Positions 50,076 to 64,000 of a DNA stretch of 64,000 bases are shown piece by piece. Below the pieces are notes generated by a model. The model was not told where the DNA came from. It did no database searches and saw only the letters and a program-made list of their open reading frames with translations. Position numbers and translations under genes: made by a program. Positions within the stretch are counted from its first letter, which is position 1. The number at the start of each line of letters is the position of its first letter. Origin of the DNA: Octopus bimaculoides (Eukaryota); NCBI RefSeq assembly GCF_001194135.2, contig NC_069000.1:28891297-28955296 (forward strand), written 5' to 3'.

Positions 50076-50815
50076 TGTGCTGGTCTGTATCTTCCAGATT
50101 TTCACATCAATGACTCAGATCTCATCAAGTGTCCAATTAAGTAGCCCACACATTGCCCACACAGTACTGAGACTGCAAACACATTATGGGCCGCTGTTTT
50201 ATTGTACACGTGTGTGTATTATGCTGAAGACAACCACCACCATCATCATCATCATAGGTGTGATTATCTGCAATATAATGAGCATAGCCAGAACCCCTCC
50301 TCCTCTCCTTCCCGTAACACTTGCTTCACATATCACCAATGAAAATATCTGTCATCACAGCACTTTACCTCATTATTTAATTTATCATAACAGATGACAA
50401 CTGACAACATGCACTGCCACCACCACCACCATCACCACCACCACCACCGCCACACAAACTGTCAGAAATGGTANNNNNNNNNNNNNNNNNNNNNNNNNNN
50501 NNNNNNNNNNNNNNNNNNNNNNNNNNNNNNNNNNNNNNNNNNNNNNNNNNNNNNNNNNNNNNNNNNNNNNNNNNNNNNNNNNNNNNNNNNNNNNNNNGTC
50601 ACCCCTTCTTTACGACATTGACTATCATCACCTTCAAATGGTGCTGGATTGGCAGAATTGTGAGAGCAGAGGACAAATGCCTTATAGTAATGGTTCCAAT
50701 TCTTTACATCTCAAGTTCAAATCTCAGCAAGTTCTATTTTGCTTTTCGCCATTCTGCTGTTGACCAATAAAATAACATTCAAATATGGGAGTAATTTCTT
50801 TTTGTTTCTCACTCT

Positions 50816-50819
<4 letters not shown>

Positions 50820-50897
<78 letters not shown>
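50820..50897. repeat. (CT)n(CA)n microsatellite
   Basis: Read directly from the sequence. Confidence 0.95.
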
Positions 50898-50898
<1 letters not shown>

Positions 50899-51988
50899 TC
50901 AGACATTTGGCTATACTGCCCCGGGAACACTCCTCCAAGAAACAGAGGAGGGTTCAGTAAGAGGCCAGCAACCTTTTCTCATCTCATATGCAACAAAAAT
51001 TCTCCAAAGAAACCAGTTAGCATTGTGGATAAGAATGACTCAATGTGCTCTATGGTAATGGATGGTTGAATAACAAAATAGGCAACACCATCACCATCAT
51101 TATCACTTTGAGCTCATCATTGTTACTGTCACCTCTACAGAAACTACAATAGTAACAACACCTCATCCATCAATGAGACTCTATGTGGTCACTTGATCTG
51201 CCAGAAATAACAGCCAAACCTTCTTTAAATCATACACTACAGTTTTATCCTTTTAGCATTTAGATTACTCTTTCAAATGTAGTACAAATTCATTCACAAT
51301 GATTTGAATTAATTATGCATTATCTCATAGCTTTGAGATTTTAGTGATGTAATTGCTTAAGTTTTGAATGACATTGTTAGGTATAGGTGAAAGGCTGGAT
51401 TTGGTCAATTTTAATATAGAACAGGTAGAAAATTTGGCGCTGGATATGGTCAGCTTAAATGCTAAAGGGTTAAACAAAAAAAGGACATATGAGATAATCC
51501 TACATAGCTCTATAAATGATCACAACTGGAATACATTTAAGAATATGTTTAAATCAGAGCTGACATTGGACTAAGCAATGGCACTGTGATGGTGACAAGG
51601 AGGGAGTTTCTACATGGTAGCCTGCTAGAAATAATAGCCAAATTCCTTTTTGCACTTATTATCTTAGAACATGAATGACTCATTGGACAATGATATTCTA
51701 AGATATGCTATAGTCAAGACTGAAATACCTTTTTGACCATAATCAGACCTAATTTGGGGTTAAACAACAACAGCATGACCTGGCTAGAAATAGCAGTCGA
51801 GCTTTCTAAAATATCTTTCTCTTAACTTTAAAAAAAAAAGGGAACACAAATTGGATGAGATTATGTTTGAAATATATTTCTGATGATCCTAGGGCTGAAA
51901 TGAAACTAAACAACGAATATAGCATTAATATTACAAACACTATACTACTATGACAGTCATCACAAGCTAAATGTTCACCACCACCATA

Positions 51989-52240
51989 CTGGGTTGGTGC
52001 ATGAATATTTCGGCTTTTTTTTTTCAACAAATTTCATTCAACAAAAAAATAACAATATTTAACAAAAATATCTTTAAATGATGGTCTGACTGTCTACCAA
52101 GCAAATGGAAAGCAGTAATTGAAGTAGATGGTGAATATGCTCCAGAATAATCATTTAAAGATGATTTTGCTTCATGTTGTTATTGTTTTTGTAGAATAAA
52201 ATTTGTTGAAAAAAAGCTGCAATAATTATGCACCAACCCA

Positions 52241-52242
<2 letters not shown>
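51989..52242 (+). mobile_element. ~250-bp mariner-derived MITE
   Basis: TIRs CTGGGTTGGTGCATGAATATT / AATAATTATGCACCAACCCA; retains the transposase C-terminus LPSKWKAVIEVDGEYAPE*. Confidence 0.85.
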
Positions 52243-52269
<27 letters not shown>

Positions 52270-52274
<5 letters not shown>

Positions 52275-53440
52275 TCATCATCATCATTGTTTAACGTCCG
52301 CTTTCCATGCTAACATGGGTTGGACGATTTGACTGAGGACTGGTGAAACCAGATGGCAACACCAGGCTCCAATCTAATTTGGCAGAGTTTCTACAGCTGG
52401 ATGCCCTTCCTAACGCCAATCANNNNNNNNNNNNNNNNNNNNNNNNNNNNNNNNNNNNNNNNNNNNNNNNNNNNNNNNNNNNNNNNNNNNNNNNNNNNNN
52501 NNNNNNNNNNNNNNNNNNNNNNNNNNNNNNNNNNNNNNNNNNNNNNNNNNNNNNNNNNNNNNNNNNNNNNNNNNNNNNNNNNNNNNNNNNNNNNNNNNNN
52601 NNNNNNNNNNNNNNNNNNNNNNNNNNNNNNNNNNNNNNNNNNNNNNNNNNNNNNNNNNNNNNNNNNNNNNNNNNNNNNNNNNNNNNNNNNNNNNNNNNNN
52701 NNNNNNNNNNNNNNNNNNNNNNNNNNNNNNNNNNNNNNNNNNNNNNNNNNNNNNNNNNNNNNNNNNNNNNNNNNNNNNNNNNNNNNNNNNNNNNNNNNNN
52801 NNNNNNNNNNNNNNNNNNNNNNNNNNNNNNNNNNNNNNNNNNNNNNNNNNNNNNNNNNNNNNNNNNNNNNNNNNNNNNNNNNNNNNNNNNNNNNNNNNNN
52901 NNNNNNNNNNNNNNNNNNNNNNNNNNNNNNNNNNNNNNNNNNNNNNNNNNNNNNNNNNNNNNNNNNNNNNNNNNNNNNNNNNNNNNNNNNNNNNNNNNNN
53001 NNNNNNNNNNNNNNNNNNNNNNNNNNNNNNNNNNNNNNNNNNNNNNNNNNNNNNNNNNNNNNNNNNNNNNNNNNNNNNNNNNNNNNNNNNNNNNNNNNNN
53101 NNNNNNNNNNNNNNNNNNNNNNNNNNNNNNNNNNNNNNNNNNNNNNNNNNNNNNNNNNNNNNNNNNNNNNNNNNNNNNNNNNNNNNNNNNNNNNNNNNNN
53201 NNNNNNNNNNNNNNNNNNNNNNNNNNNNNNNNNNNNNNNNNNNNNNNNNNNNNNNNNNNNNNNNNNNNNNNNNNNNNNNNNNNNNNNNNNNNNNNNNNNN
53301 NNNNNNNNNNNNNNNNNNNNNNNNNNNNNNNNNNNNNNNNNNNNNNNNGAAGCTATCAACTACCTCTAGTTTTTCTCCCTGAAATGAGATAGAAGTTGTT
53401 TCCTGTTTGTTTACAGTGTTTATTGCACCTGAACATCTGC
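52270..53440 (-). mobile_element. RTE LINE copy, mostly hidden by an N-gap
   Basis: 3' tail at 52270-52422, and CGRCSGAINT...VDSF (reverse complement) at 53349-53440. Confidence 0.75.
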
Positions 53441-53749
53441 CCGGGTTGGTGCATAATTATAGAGAGAGAGGGGGGAGAGGGGGAGAGAGTAAAAGATGAG
53501 AGAAAGAGAGAGAGAGAAAGAGAGAGAGATAGAGAAAGAGCAGGCCTTTGTATAGTTTCCAGCTAGTAAATTTGCTCGCACAGCATTGTTTAACACAAGT
53601 CTATAACAAAAGATATTTGTCCAAGGTGGTACTCAGAGGGATGGATTCAAAATTAGTGGTTGAGAAGCAAGCTTTGCAACTAACTACACAGCTATGCCTG
53701 TGCTTATAATATACATGCATATGCGTACATACATACACACACACATAAA

Positions 53750-54060
53750 GACTCCTTTTTGGTCATGAATGACCATGGGATTGCACCTAGAAAATTCCCC
53801 TCTGAGGCACAAGTCTGGACAAGCTTATTTGTGGAAGACCAGCAGTTGCCCATGCCACCAGTGTTATCCAAGAGAAAGGCAAAGGCTGATACAGCTTGGT
53901 ACCAGGGATGTCACAACTCATTTCTACAGCTGAGTGAACTGGAGCAATGCAAAATAAGGTGTCTTGCTCAAGAACACAACACACAGCTCAGTCCAGGAAT
54001 TAAACTTACTACTTCATGATTGTGAGCCCAACACTCTAACCACTGAACCATGCGCCTTCA
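53750..54060 (-). mobile_element. tRNA-derived SINE (family C-related)
   Basis: Minus head AAGGCGCATGGTTCAGTGGTTAGAGTG, CTTGAGCAAGACACCTT core. Confidence 0.75.
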
Positions 54061-54911
54061 CACATACACACATATTTATATATTCTCCAACTCGTCATCA
54101 TCATCATTGTTTTGTCGTTCACTTTTGCACACTTGCATGAGTCAGATAGAATTTGTTGAGGTAGAATTTTTTTCTATAGCCTGATGTTTTTCCTGCCACC
54201 AACCCTCACCTATTTCCAAGTAAGGTAATATTACTTCATGACCAGATACATTTTCATGGATGATTGAAAAGAAAAGAAATCACTTGCATGACAATGATAC
54301 TCATGTACAACTATCACATGATATCAAGGCAAATCAGTAAGAAACAAAGAAACACACACTCACACACACAAGCACATGTGAGAGAAAATTAAAGTACAAC
54401 TGAACTTCTCTCTATTTGCATGTAAGTCACTTCATTTCGAGATAATCTGAGTACATGGTTTTGATAAGCCAAAGTAATGGCAAAATATCAGTATCTACTA
54501 TTCTTGGTGAATCCAAGGTGAGTTGTTTCACCTGGTCTGTGACATTCAGGCGTTCTTTAACAATTGGAAGCACATAGAGAGCTTTCCTCAGATGCTATCC
54601 CACAGCAAATTTGGTGTATAAGCAAAAAAAAAACATACACTTTATATGTGTGACCGATATTGTTTACATATATTTGTATATGAATAAAACAAGTTTCTTT
54701 CAGTTTCCATCTACCAAATATGTTCACAAGGTCTTGGTCAGCCTGGAGCTTACAGTACAAGAGACTTGACCAAAGTGCTGTGCAATGGAATTGAATCTAA
54801 AGCCATAGAAATGGGAAGCAAACTTCTTACCATATAGCCATGTCTGCATAAATATATATGTGTGGTGTATGTGTGTGTGTGTGTGTGTATGTGTGTGTGT
54901 ANNNNNNNNNN

Positions 54912-54955
<44 letters not shown>

Positions 54956-54959
54956 GAAA

Positions 54960-56718
54960 ATTAAGATAAACACAGGTATAAATTATTAGTTCCTACATAT
55001 GTTCCACCACAATGCATTTTTGCACCCAAAAAATCTGAGGCCTTCACCTTCCCTGCAGATGAAATGATCTTGGCCTTCTTTGGAGCAGGTGAGAAGTGGT
55101 GTTTCCATTGCATGGATTGTTTTTTCATCTCTGGCTCAAAGTGATGAGGCCAACACTCATCCTGAGTTAGGAAACATTCAAGGAAACCTGCTGAATTTGC
55201 CTCAGACAATGTCAGATTATCCCATGATATGATCAGCCTGGTGATAGGAGATCAGCTGTCAGAAGACATGTCACCCCCTGAAAAGAAAACTTTGTCATGC
55301 CAAGTTCATTGTGCACAATATTCTCAACTCTCTCACAGGATATGCTAATCATCATCATCATCATCATTGTTGTTTAACATCTGCTTTCCATGCTGGCATG
55401 GGTTGGATGGATGGTTTGTCTGAGAACTAGTGAGCTGAGAGGCTGCACCAAGCTCCAATCTGATTTGGCAAGGTTTCTACAGCTGGATGCCCTTCCTAAT
55501 GTCAACCACTCCGAGAGTGTAGTGGGTGCTTTTTACGTGCCACTGGCACAGGTGCCAGTCAGGCAACACTGGCATTAGTCATGACTACGATCTCACTTGG
55601 TTTGATGGGTCTTCTCAAGCACAGCATATCTCCAATGGTCTCGGACACTTGTCATTGCCTCTGTGAGGCCTAACATTCAAAGATCATTCTTCACCACCTC
55701 GTCCCATGTCTTGCTGGGTCTACCTCTTCCACAGATTCCCTCCACTGTTAGAGTGTGGCACCTCTTCACACAGCTGTCCTCATCTATATGCATCACATGG
55801 CCATATCACAACAGTCATTTCTCTTGCACAACACAGCTGATGCTTCTTATGTCCAATATTTCTCTCAGATGCTCACACTCTGTTGTGTATGCACACTGAC
55901 ATTAAAAATCCAGCAGAGCATACTAGCTTCATTTCTTACAAGCCTACTCATGTCCTCAGTTGTTACAACCCAAGTTTCACTGCCATGTAGCATGGCTATT
56001 CACACACGGGCATCCTACAATCTGCCTTTCACTCTGAGAGAGAGAGGACCTTTGTTACCAGCAGAGGTATGGTCTCTCTAAACTTTGCCCAGTGTATTCT
56101 TATTCTAGCAGCTATACTCTCAGAACATCTTCCCCCACTACTGACTTTGTCACCTAGGTAATGGAAGCTATCAACTACTTCTAGTTTTCCCTCCTGGCAT
56201 ATGATGGAATCTATTTTCTGTACATTTTTGGTGGTTATTGTACCAGTGCACCTAATATGATTGGCTATTTGACTTATAGTCAGTTGCCTGTCATCCATCA
56301 CTATGCAGTGAACACAATCAATGTTTTCCTCAGGGGTGGCAATTACAGGACATCCACACCTTAGTTCATCTTCATGACTCTCCCTTCCCCTCCTAAATTC
56401 AGCTGCCCTCCTTTGTGCTGTTGATAAATTTGAAGCATCACCCCCTAATGTAGCAAACATGTCAGATGAATGTCCTTGAGAGCTAAAACCTTTTTCTGCA
56501 GGCACTTGATAACACAGCAATGGCCAAATTTTATTCATTTTCAAGAGAAATCACTGTTAGTTACTTTTGAAGTCTTCTTTGAACAGTCAAATGTCGGTTT
56601 ACCTGGAAAGAAACAATACAGCTATTAATAAGAAGTATTGAAATTAATGCATGCACAATTTCACATGTCTAGCATCAATCCTTCATAGTCAGTCTGTGAA
56701 CTTTTTAGCCCACCCTTG
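54960..56718 (-). mobile_element. Mariner transposon (5' part) interrupted by an RTE insertion
   Basis: TIR TA-CAAGGGTGGGCTAAAAAG at 56720; AEFRRGRESHEDE.R.G.P, DDRQLTISQIA; LTQDECWPHHFEPE...KVKAS. Confidence 0.88.
55350..56251 (-). mobile_element. 5'-truncated RTE LINE inserted into mariner, with CTAAT duplication
   Basis: RCTGTITT...GKLEVVDSFHYLGDKVSSGG; (GAT)n tail; CTAAT at 55345-55349 and 56252-56256. Confidence 0.9.
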
Positions 56719-56721
56719 TAT

Positions 56722-57850
56722 ATATTGGGCTGGTAAAAATGTTTGTAGCATTTTTTAAGTAAAATTCATTAACAATATTTAGATAGTTGTGCATACTTTT
56801 ACTCAACCACATATTTCCCATTTTGTTCCACTACCTTTCACCATCTTTGAGGCAGCTTCATGATCTCATCCTCCCAGAACTTGGCACCTTTCTGGGTCAT
56901 GAACTGGTCCAGGTAATTTTTACACTGTTTTAAAGAATTGAAGTTCTTCTCATTAAGAGAATTTTGCAAGGATTGGAATAAATGATAATCCAAAGGTGCA
57001 AGATCAGGTGAGTATGGTGGGTGGGGGTAGGACATCCCACCCAAGATGCACCAATTTCTGCCAGGTCTGCAAAGAAACATGTGGTCTAGCATTGTCCTGA
57101 TGTTAGATGACATCCTTTCGGTTGGCCAATTCTGGATGTTTTTCATCAATTGCCTTCTTTAATCAGTCTATTTGGGAACAATAATAGTCTGAATTTAACG
57201 TCTGATTTTGTGGAAGTAGCTCATAATACACAATGCCCTTCCAATCCCACCAGATACAGACCAGCTTTTGGAGAGATTTAAGGTGGTTCATCTCATTTTC
57301 CCCAGGACCTTTTTTGTTTTGTATTGTTGTAAATAATTCATTTCTCATCACACATGATCATTCTTTTCAAAAATGGATAATTTTTCAATTCATCTGAGCA
57401 GAGACTTGCAGATGGAAATGCACTCTGTTAATTTTTTTCCATTAAGGCCCCGAAACATCATAGTGATTCATGTAACCAAGTGTTTTTAAATGCTTTATAA
57501 TGCTCACATGAGATACATGGAAAATCTCAGTGATGTCTCACGTTGTGTGACATGGATTATTATTTTTTTTTTTATTAAAGTCTTGATTTGTTCATTGTCA
57601 ACAACTGTAGGCCTACTGGAACATTCACAGTCTTCTAGATCAAAATTTTTAGTTCTAAACCTAGTGAACCATTTACAAACGGGTACTTTCAGCTATAACA
57701 CCATCTCCATAAACAATACATACCTTCTTTGCTGTTTGTGCAGTGCTTTTACCTTTCTCGAAGTAAAAGAGCATTAATTGACAAAAAGGCATTTCATTTT
57801 CCTTCATTTTCAATTTCATTGTAAGAACAGTAGATGTAAATAATCCACAC
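56722..57850 (-). mobile_element. Decayed mariner (D,D34D type)
   Basis: CIWWDWKGIVYYELLP; HPPYSPDLAPLDYHLFQSLQN; KLPQRW. Confidence 0.92.
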
Positions 57851-58848
57851 AAAATTCAAATAGAAAAATGCATTGGGATCTCCTCTTTCAGAAAATATGT
57901 ATATGTCATATATTCCTGTCACATGATAAAAAAGATCATGTGATTAAATATCACCAAGTGACAAACACTACAAGCTATTTTTATCAACTCAATAAACACA
58001 CACGCGCACAAAACACACATGAAAGAGAGGGGGTATAAGATGAATATATCTATTTCACCAGTTGATAGCCATATAACAACGATTTTTTGGCAGCCTTTAT
58101 CATAGAAAAACAATTTATTTAAGTGTATGATAAATAATAAATTACTTTACATGCCTGTATTAATATATATAATATAAATCATATAGTACAGTTGTATAAT
58201 TCATAAATTAATAAGGTAAAAAACTTGCTCATCAGGTCGAAGAATATCATGCTTACATTCATTCATCAACACAATACATACAGAGAGTCAACTTTTAAAG
58301 TATTGATATATGGAAGACACTAAGTAATAAAATTAATAAAATGGTTTACTATAGGAGATAGGAGAGAGATTTAATAAGATATTAAAAAGTAAAGTGGATT
58401 ATGGTGGTGGAAGAGAAAGGTGTATATAGTATGATATAGAGTGAAAATCATATATTTATTGTTAATAATCTAGAAGTAAAAATACTTGAGAGAGAAAGAA
58501 AGTGAAACTAGAGAAAGATTTGTAGATATTTTGTCACATCACTATATTTAGTAGCTATTTAAGCAATGAGTTCATGGATAATTAATGGGCTGGATGGGTG
58601 CTAAAGAAAGAGCAAAATCTTCTGAAATATGTCATATACACATTTTTCATCTTTGATTTCATTGCCGTTGTTTACTTCAGGCATCTCAGATATGAAACAT
58701 CATAACAAAATCTGCAGAAATAGCCTTAACAAGTGATGTAACAGCACTGCTAAACAGTAGAGCACAGTATTGACTTATAAAAACTTTTAATATACTTTGT
58801 AGTATATCATGGTTGCATAACAAAATATGGTGTCCCTAAATGTCATTA

Positions 58849-58908
<60 letters not shown>

Positions 58909-58969
58909 CTTCAAACTTGTGTGAATGTGTATAGAATAATATATCAGTTGAATCAAGTTAAAACATAGT

Positions 58970-59680
58970 TGGGTTTTCACATTTTTTGTAATGCTCACAA
59001 AGTTAAATTAGCTCTTTCATACGTAGAGTAATAATCAGATTTCAAATGTGTTTAACAAACAGTTGAGTTCTTAACAACTGTAGTATCTCTTAGAATGTTC
59101 CAACAAGCTGAATTTTTAGAAAATGGTTTTGATCAATCCACGTGCAGCTTAAACGTCATGGTTTGTCAGGCATACTGATATTCTGTAATTTGTTTACATT
59201 CATATGTTAGAGATATTTTCTACTAGATTAAATTTGCCAACTGTATTAAAGATAGTAATCAATATATATTCTTAAGGTATAAATACCAAGGTATAAGTAG
59301 AAAACTTTTCAAAGTTAAGGAGGTATAGACATAGAGAGTGGTGCTATGAATATAGGGTAGTAAATTTATTGATATGGAAAAAATATTTAGTATATTATAA
59401 ACTGTAGATATAATCTTCAGCAAATATAAGAATTTTATTTGAAAAATAGGAATTTTTTGAAAAATAGTGGTGCTTAAATTTAAATATAATTATTAAATTA
59501 GTAAAGTTAAATAGTAGTGGGTTGAGGCATGGAAGATATTCAGTAAGATATAATGTTATGCTTATTAAAATATATTAAATATTTTCTGAGTATTAAAACT
59601 GGGGTTATAATTTACTAAGTATTGTTATAATATAATGATAAATATAATGTTTTGTATGTTTATAGTGTAGAAAAGATTTG
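58970..59680 (-). mobile_element. Heavily decayed Penelope-like ORF (RT C-terminus to GIY-YIG end)
   Basis: Broken minus readings: YNPSFN resembles WFNPPF; IFNKHNIISY..SMP resembles IFN.....SYSCMP; KELI.LCEHYKK resembles ELI..C.H..K. Confidence 0.45.
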
Positions 59681-60954
59681 TATTTAAAATGTTGGTATCT
59701 TATAATTAGTTCATCATGTTGATTAACTGATTTAGTTTTATTAATTTTATTAATATGGAATGCTTCTGATACACAGAATCTACATCATCCATTATCATTA
59801 TTATAGAGTTGTGCATTTAAAGGAGTTTTCTTGTGAATGTCACCAGATTAGTTAAATCCAGATATTGTGCATTAAATTTGTACACACACACATCACTGAT
59901 GATTCAAATGTGAGCTACAATTAGTTTCATTCCAGTGAAAATACAATGGTGAGACAAACTTGTATAGCATGTGTATATTTCTAGGCAGTTGTTCAGGCTC
60001 AAAACACAACATAGCTGCTCTTTGAGAAAAGGTGTAAAAGAATGACAAAGGATAAGAAAAAAGTAAAAGAAAAAGTAGAATGAGAAAAAAGAAAAAGGAA
60101 ATATGGTTGAGTCCCATTGGCCTGTTAGAACAGAATTGATATGGTTAGTACTTAATTTAGTGGGAAAAGGCTAGAATCTATGAGACTGTATGCTTAATCA
60201 GGAGAGGGAGGTGTTTTCCAGTTCAGTAATAGAAACTTGTTCAGATGCTTACATTTAATGAAAATTTCAGAGCTGTACTGAATTCAGTACATTTTTTGTC
60301 TTGTTGTCTTCAGCAACCACTCCACCCAACATTTCTCTGTCTTTAGCTTGAATTCTAACACTGAATGACTTCCATTTACAGAAGGAACCAGACCTCAGCT
60401 TCTTTCTAAAACTTTATACACCTTTAAGTTTAAATTCCTACCATTTGTTTACCTGCCCTGTTCCCCCACCTCCTGAGGCTATAGTAGAAGACACTTGCCC
60501 AAGATGCATGCAATTAGACTGAACCTGGAACCATGTGGTTAGGAAGCAAGCTTCTTGTCACACAGCTACACCTGTACCTTGTTTCTAAAAAATTACCACG
60601 TTGGTTTTTTTTCTTCCTCTTCTTCCGTCAGCAATTCTCTATTATCTCAATAGCACGTGTGAACCACTTTGCTATGTTCTTACATCTATGCTGTTTCACC
60701 TTCTTCCTGGACCTCTGTCCATTTCCTTGGACTGTTACCATTTTCGTGGACTTTCATTCTCATCGCTGAATCTTTAGAATTTTAGAATATGAAGAATCTT
60801 TTTAGGATTTTTATCTCATTTCCAGCTTCTGAAAATTTTTCCAGTTCTTTACTTCACAGTTACACACTTGAATACTTTTCCATCCCTACTTGCTTTTCTT
60901 TTAGCCCATGCATGCACACAAATAACTCCATAACAAGTGCTGTACCTCAATCCC

Positions 60955-61280
60955 TTTAACTGACACTCTGTTACTCATGACAAGGTTTCCAATTGATCCA
61001 GTCAACAGAGCAGCTTGCTCACGAAATTGATGTACAGGCAGCTTGAGCACTCCACAGACACATATACCCTTAAAATAGTTTTCAGGGAGATTCAGCTTGA
61101 CACAAAATGTGACAAGGCCAGCCCTTTGAGTTACAGGTACAACTCATTTTTGCCAGCTAATTGGTCTGGAGCAATGTAAAATAAAGTGTCTTGCTCAAGG
61201 ACACAATGTAGCACCATGAATAGAACTCACGACCTTATGATTATAAGCTGAATACCCTAATCACTTAACTATGTCCCTTC
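60955..61280 (-). mobile_element. tRNA-derived SINE family C
   Basis: TAAAGTGTCTTGCTCAAGGACAC, GAACTCACGACCTTATGATTATAAGCTGAATACCCTAATCAC (reverse-complement head). Confidence 0.78.
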
Positions 61281-61587
61281 ACTCTCAATCCCTTTAGTCT
61301 CATAAACACTCATACACACACATGCACATGCTCACATTGCTTCACATACATGCATTCACACACATACTGACATTCACCCACTTACCACTAACCAGCATCA
61401 CAAAACCTACACATTTACACATGTCCGTATACATTCATATATTCCACCAACACACATGCCTACACTATTCCCCCTTTCTGTACACACAAATACTCTGTCA
61501 TATGCAGCTATCCACTTGCCTATTCTCCCTTCTTAACTCCCCTAAATAAATGGCAGTTTTAATTAATTATAATTTTTTCTGCACTAC

Positions 61588-61707
<120 letters not shown>

Positions 61708-62859
61708 TCCATCTCTTTCCCTATGTTTCTCTTTTTCTTCTGATGATATTCCATTTCTTAGTAGTACCTTGACAATTAAGGTCAAGGTAAAGCTAGACAA
61801 AATTGTGTTAGTGCCAGAAAGTCTTGGTCAGCAGCACAACATCCATCATGTATGATACACCATAGATATGGTTGTGAGCTGGTCCAGCTTCTGTATGATC
61901 AATATAGAAGAGTTGATTAGGATTAACTACTGGTAAGCACAGTCAAGTATTGAAAAACATCAGTATGAAAGGTCTTCTGCATGGTTGATCAGTGTGTCAT
62001 CCTAGAAAAAAACACATTTGGATTATGTAGTTTTGCGTTTCCATCACATAGAAAATGTGGAGATAGTTCCAGTTGGAATGGCTTTGATTACATGCCTTCT
62101 TCACTAGGGCTGAGCCTAAATCAAAACATAAATAATAATGCTAGTAACTATTGGTGTCTGCCAATTGTCAAAGAAACCAATATATAAATTTAATATACTT
62201 ATTTAGCCTCATTTGCTTTTAATCTGAAGAAACTTGCAATGTTGTGTGTCAGTAAATAGCAATACAAATAGTTGAAACACTGGAATAAATTTTATGCCAG
62301 AGTCTTGTATTTTGTTTTGGTAGAATCCTTTGTTAAAGAGAAGTAGAATCTCTACCATTGATGCAGAATAAATTTTCAATTCATTTATCCTTCAATGCAA
62401 GTTGCCATTTCATTTCTCTCAGACAAAGGAGTCACCTCAAAACATTTTTCTCGTCTTCCTCACATTATATTCCAATGTTTGAACTCTTTGGTTTTTAGTA
62501 CTCTGTCCTAGGGTTAGCAGTATAACTGCTTCACCTTTTCTTCCACAATTTTTTTCTCATTCTGCCAATGTAAGAAATAATTTTCAATGTTGTTGTTCCT
62601 GTTGTGGTTGTTTTTTATTGTTTCTATTTCGTTCATAATCTGTATATTCTTTTATGAAAAACATGAAAAAAAGAACATGGTTTGTATGTGCATCTGTGTG
62701 TATGTGTAATGTATGTACATGTGTATAAGGTTAGAAAGAAAGCCCTGCTGCATTTCAAGATGGGAAAATGAATGCTTCTTTGGTCTTAATTGATATATTT
62801 AATCAAGATGTTTCCCCTCATTAGTGATAAGGTAATCTCAGCTACCTGGCAAATTATTG

Positions 62860-63700
62860 ATTCCCAAGTTTTGAAGCAAAGAAACACTCAACATCATTTT
62901 TGATCTCTTTACAATTAATAAAGTATTTTCCCTCAAAATAATGTTGCATTGGTCTGAAAAGATGATAGATAGATGGCAAGGAAGGAAGCCGCACCCAAAC
63001 TTCCCTCTTTAGTGCCATAATCTTTTTCTGAGTGACTTTCCTGTGTTCTTGCATTATCATAAAAGAGCAAAATCCCTTTACAATCGACAATTGACCGGCA
63101 CTGTTCCTGTATGTTTTCATGCAATGCTTCCAATTCATGACAGTACTTCTCTGTATTAACTGTTTTGGTTTGGTTTAACTCATCAAGGTAGACACCCATC
63201 ATATTGCACCAAACACAGAGCATAACTTTTTTCAGGTATAGTTCCTGGTTTGGGGATGGATTCTCCTTTTACAACGAGTGCTAATCATTTTCTTCATTAG
63301 ATATGATCATAGAGAACTTATTTTTCATCACTTGTGATGATGCTTCCATGCAAAGGTTTGGTAGCAAGTCTACTCTTCAATGAGAAGGACAATTCTTTGA
63401 TTAAGCTGAGAAGTAGTCAGATGATGAGGGACCCACTGACCAAGTTTAGACATTTTTCTTAGTTCATGAAGAGGTTTTATGATCAATGTATCATTTGAAC
63501 TGAACTGTTTTGCTAATTCTCATGTAGCTTGTTTTGGATTTTTTTCAACTACTGCTTTCAGAAGCTCAGTATTGACAGAATTTGATTGTCCAGATCAAGG
63601 GGAATTTGTTAGAGAAAATATCCTGAGTGAAACTGGTCAAGCCATCATTGAAATGTCTGGACACTTAAACTTCATTTCCATTGACAGAATGAATATTTCT
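62860..63700 (-). mobile_element. Decayed mariner
   Basis: MLCVWCNMMGV; ILLFYDNART; YHLFRPMQHYFEGK.F. Confidence 0.85.
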
Positions 63701-63711
63701 TACTGTTATCC

Positions 63712-64000
63712 AAGCTATGGACACATAAGAGGTGCAGCAACATCAAAGGCAGGTTAACTAGCAAGTTAGTTTTTGTTTGTGGCAGATGTTCAGGTGCAAT
63801 AAAGACTGCAAACAAACAGGAAACAACTTCTATCTCATTCCAGGGTGAAAAACTAGAGGTAGTCGATAGCTTCCGCTATCTGGGCGACCAAGTTAGTAGT
63901 GGGGGTGGGTGCGCTGAAAGTGTAGCTGCTAGAATAAGAATAGCCTGGGCAAAGTTTAGAGAGCTCTTACCCCTGCTGGCGACAAAGGGACTCTCACTCA
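63712..64000 (+). mobile_element. 5'-truncated RTE LINE (runs off the window)
   Basis: KLWTHKRCSNIKG...CGRCSG...EKLEVVDSFRYLGDQVSSGGGC...RIAWAKFRELLPLL. Confidence 0.92.

Noticed and set aside
56560-56620. Strong acceptor plus VNRHLTVQRRLQ reading on the minus strand
   Set aside because: It lies inside the 5' untranslated part of the mariner bounded by the TIR at 56718.
58190-58240. Minus-strand CTGATGAGCAAG as a fourth hammerhead
   Set aside because: Stem II and GAAA cannot be closed; at best a ruined relic.

Overview
This is eukaryotic DNA, AT-rich, with 12 N-gaps. The repeat landscape looks cephalopod (Octopus-like): tRNA-derived SINE families, RTE LINE 3' ends with (GAT)n tails, and abundant TA/CA/GA/AAT microsatellites. 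That species call is inferred from repeat style only. No host gene can be identified with confidence; at most a few weak exon candidates exist (best: 48143-48334, +). Most recognisable sequence is decayed transposable element. DNA transposons include Tc1 (IR/DR type), several mariner and maT-like copies, piggyBac, hAT and MITEs. There are two Gypsy derivatives, one with paired LTRs but lacking RT/RNase H, one LTR-less and nested in piggyBac. Non-LTR retroelements include RTE, Tx1/L1-like, R4-like and CRE-like fragments. The most interesting signal is a set of minimal type I hammerhead-ribozyme motifs (852-900 -, 27261-27297 -, 36662-36721 +) in three unrelated Penelope-like fragments, all next to TA-rich tracts. 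One has an inverted repeat that begins at the predicted cleavage site. There is also a decayed Penelope-like ORF (~58970-59680) and an unexplained ~190-nt multi-hairpin, CpG-retaining segment (32782-32972). All long ORFs in the supplied track are N-gap or microsatellite artefacts.
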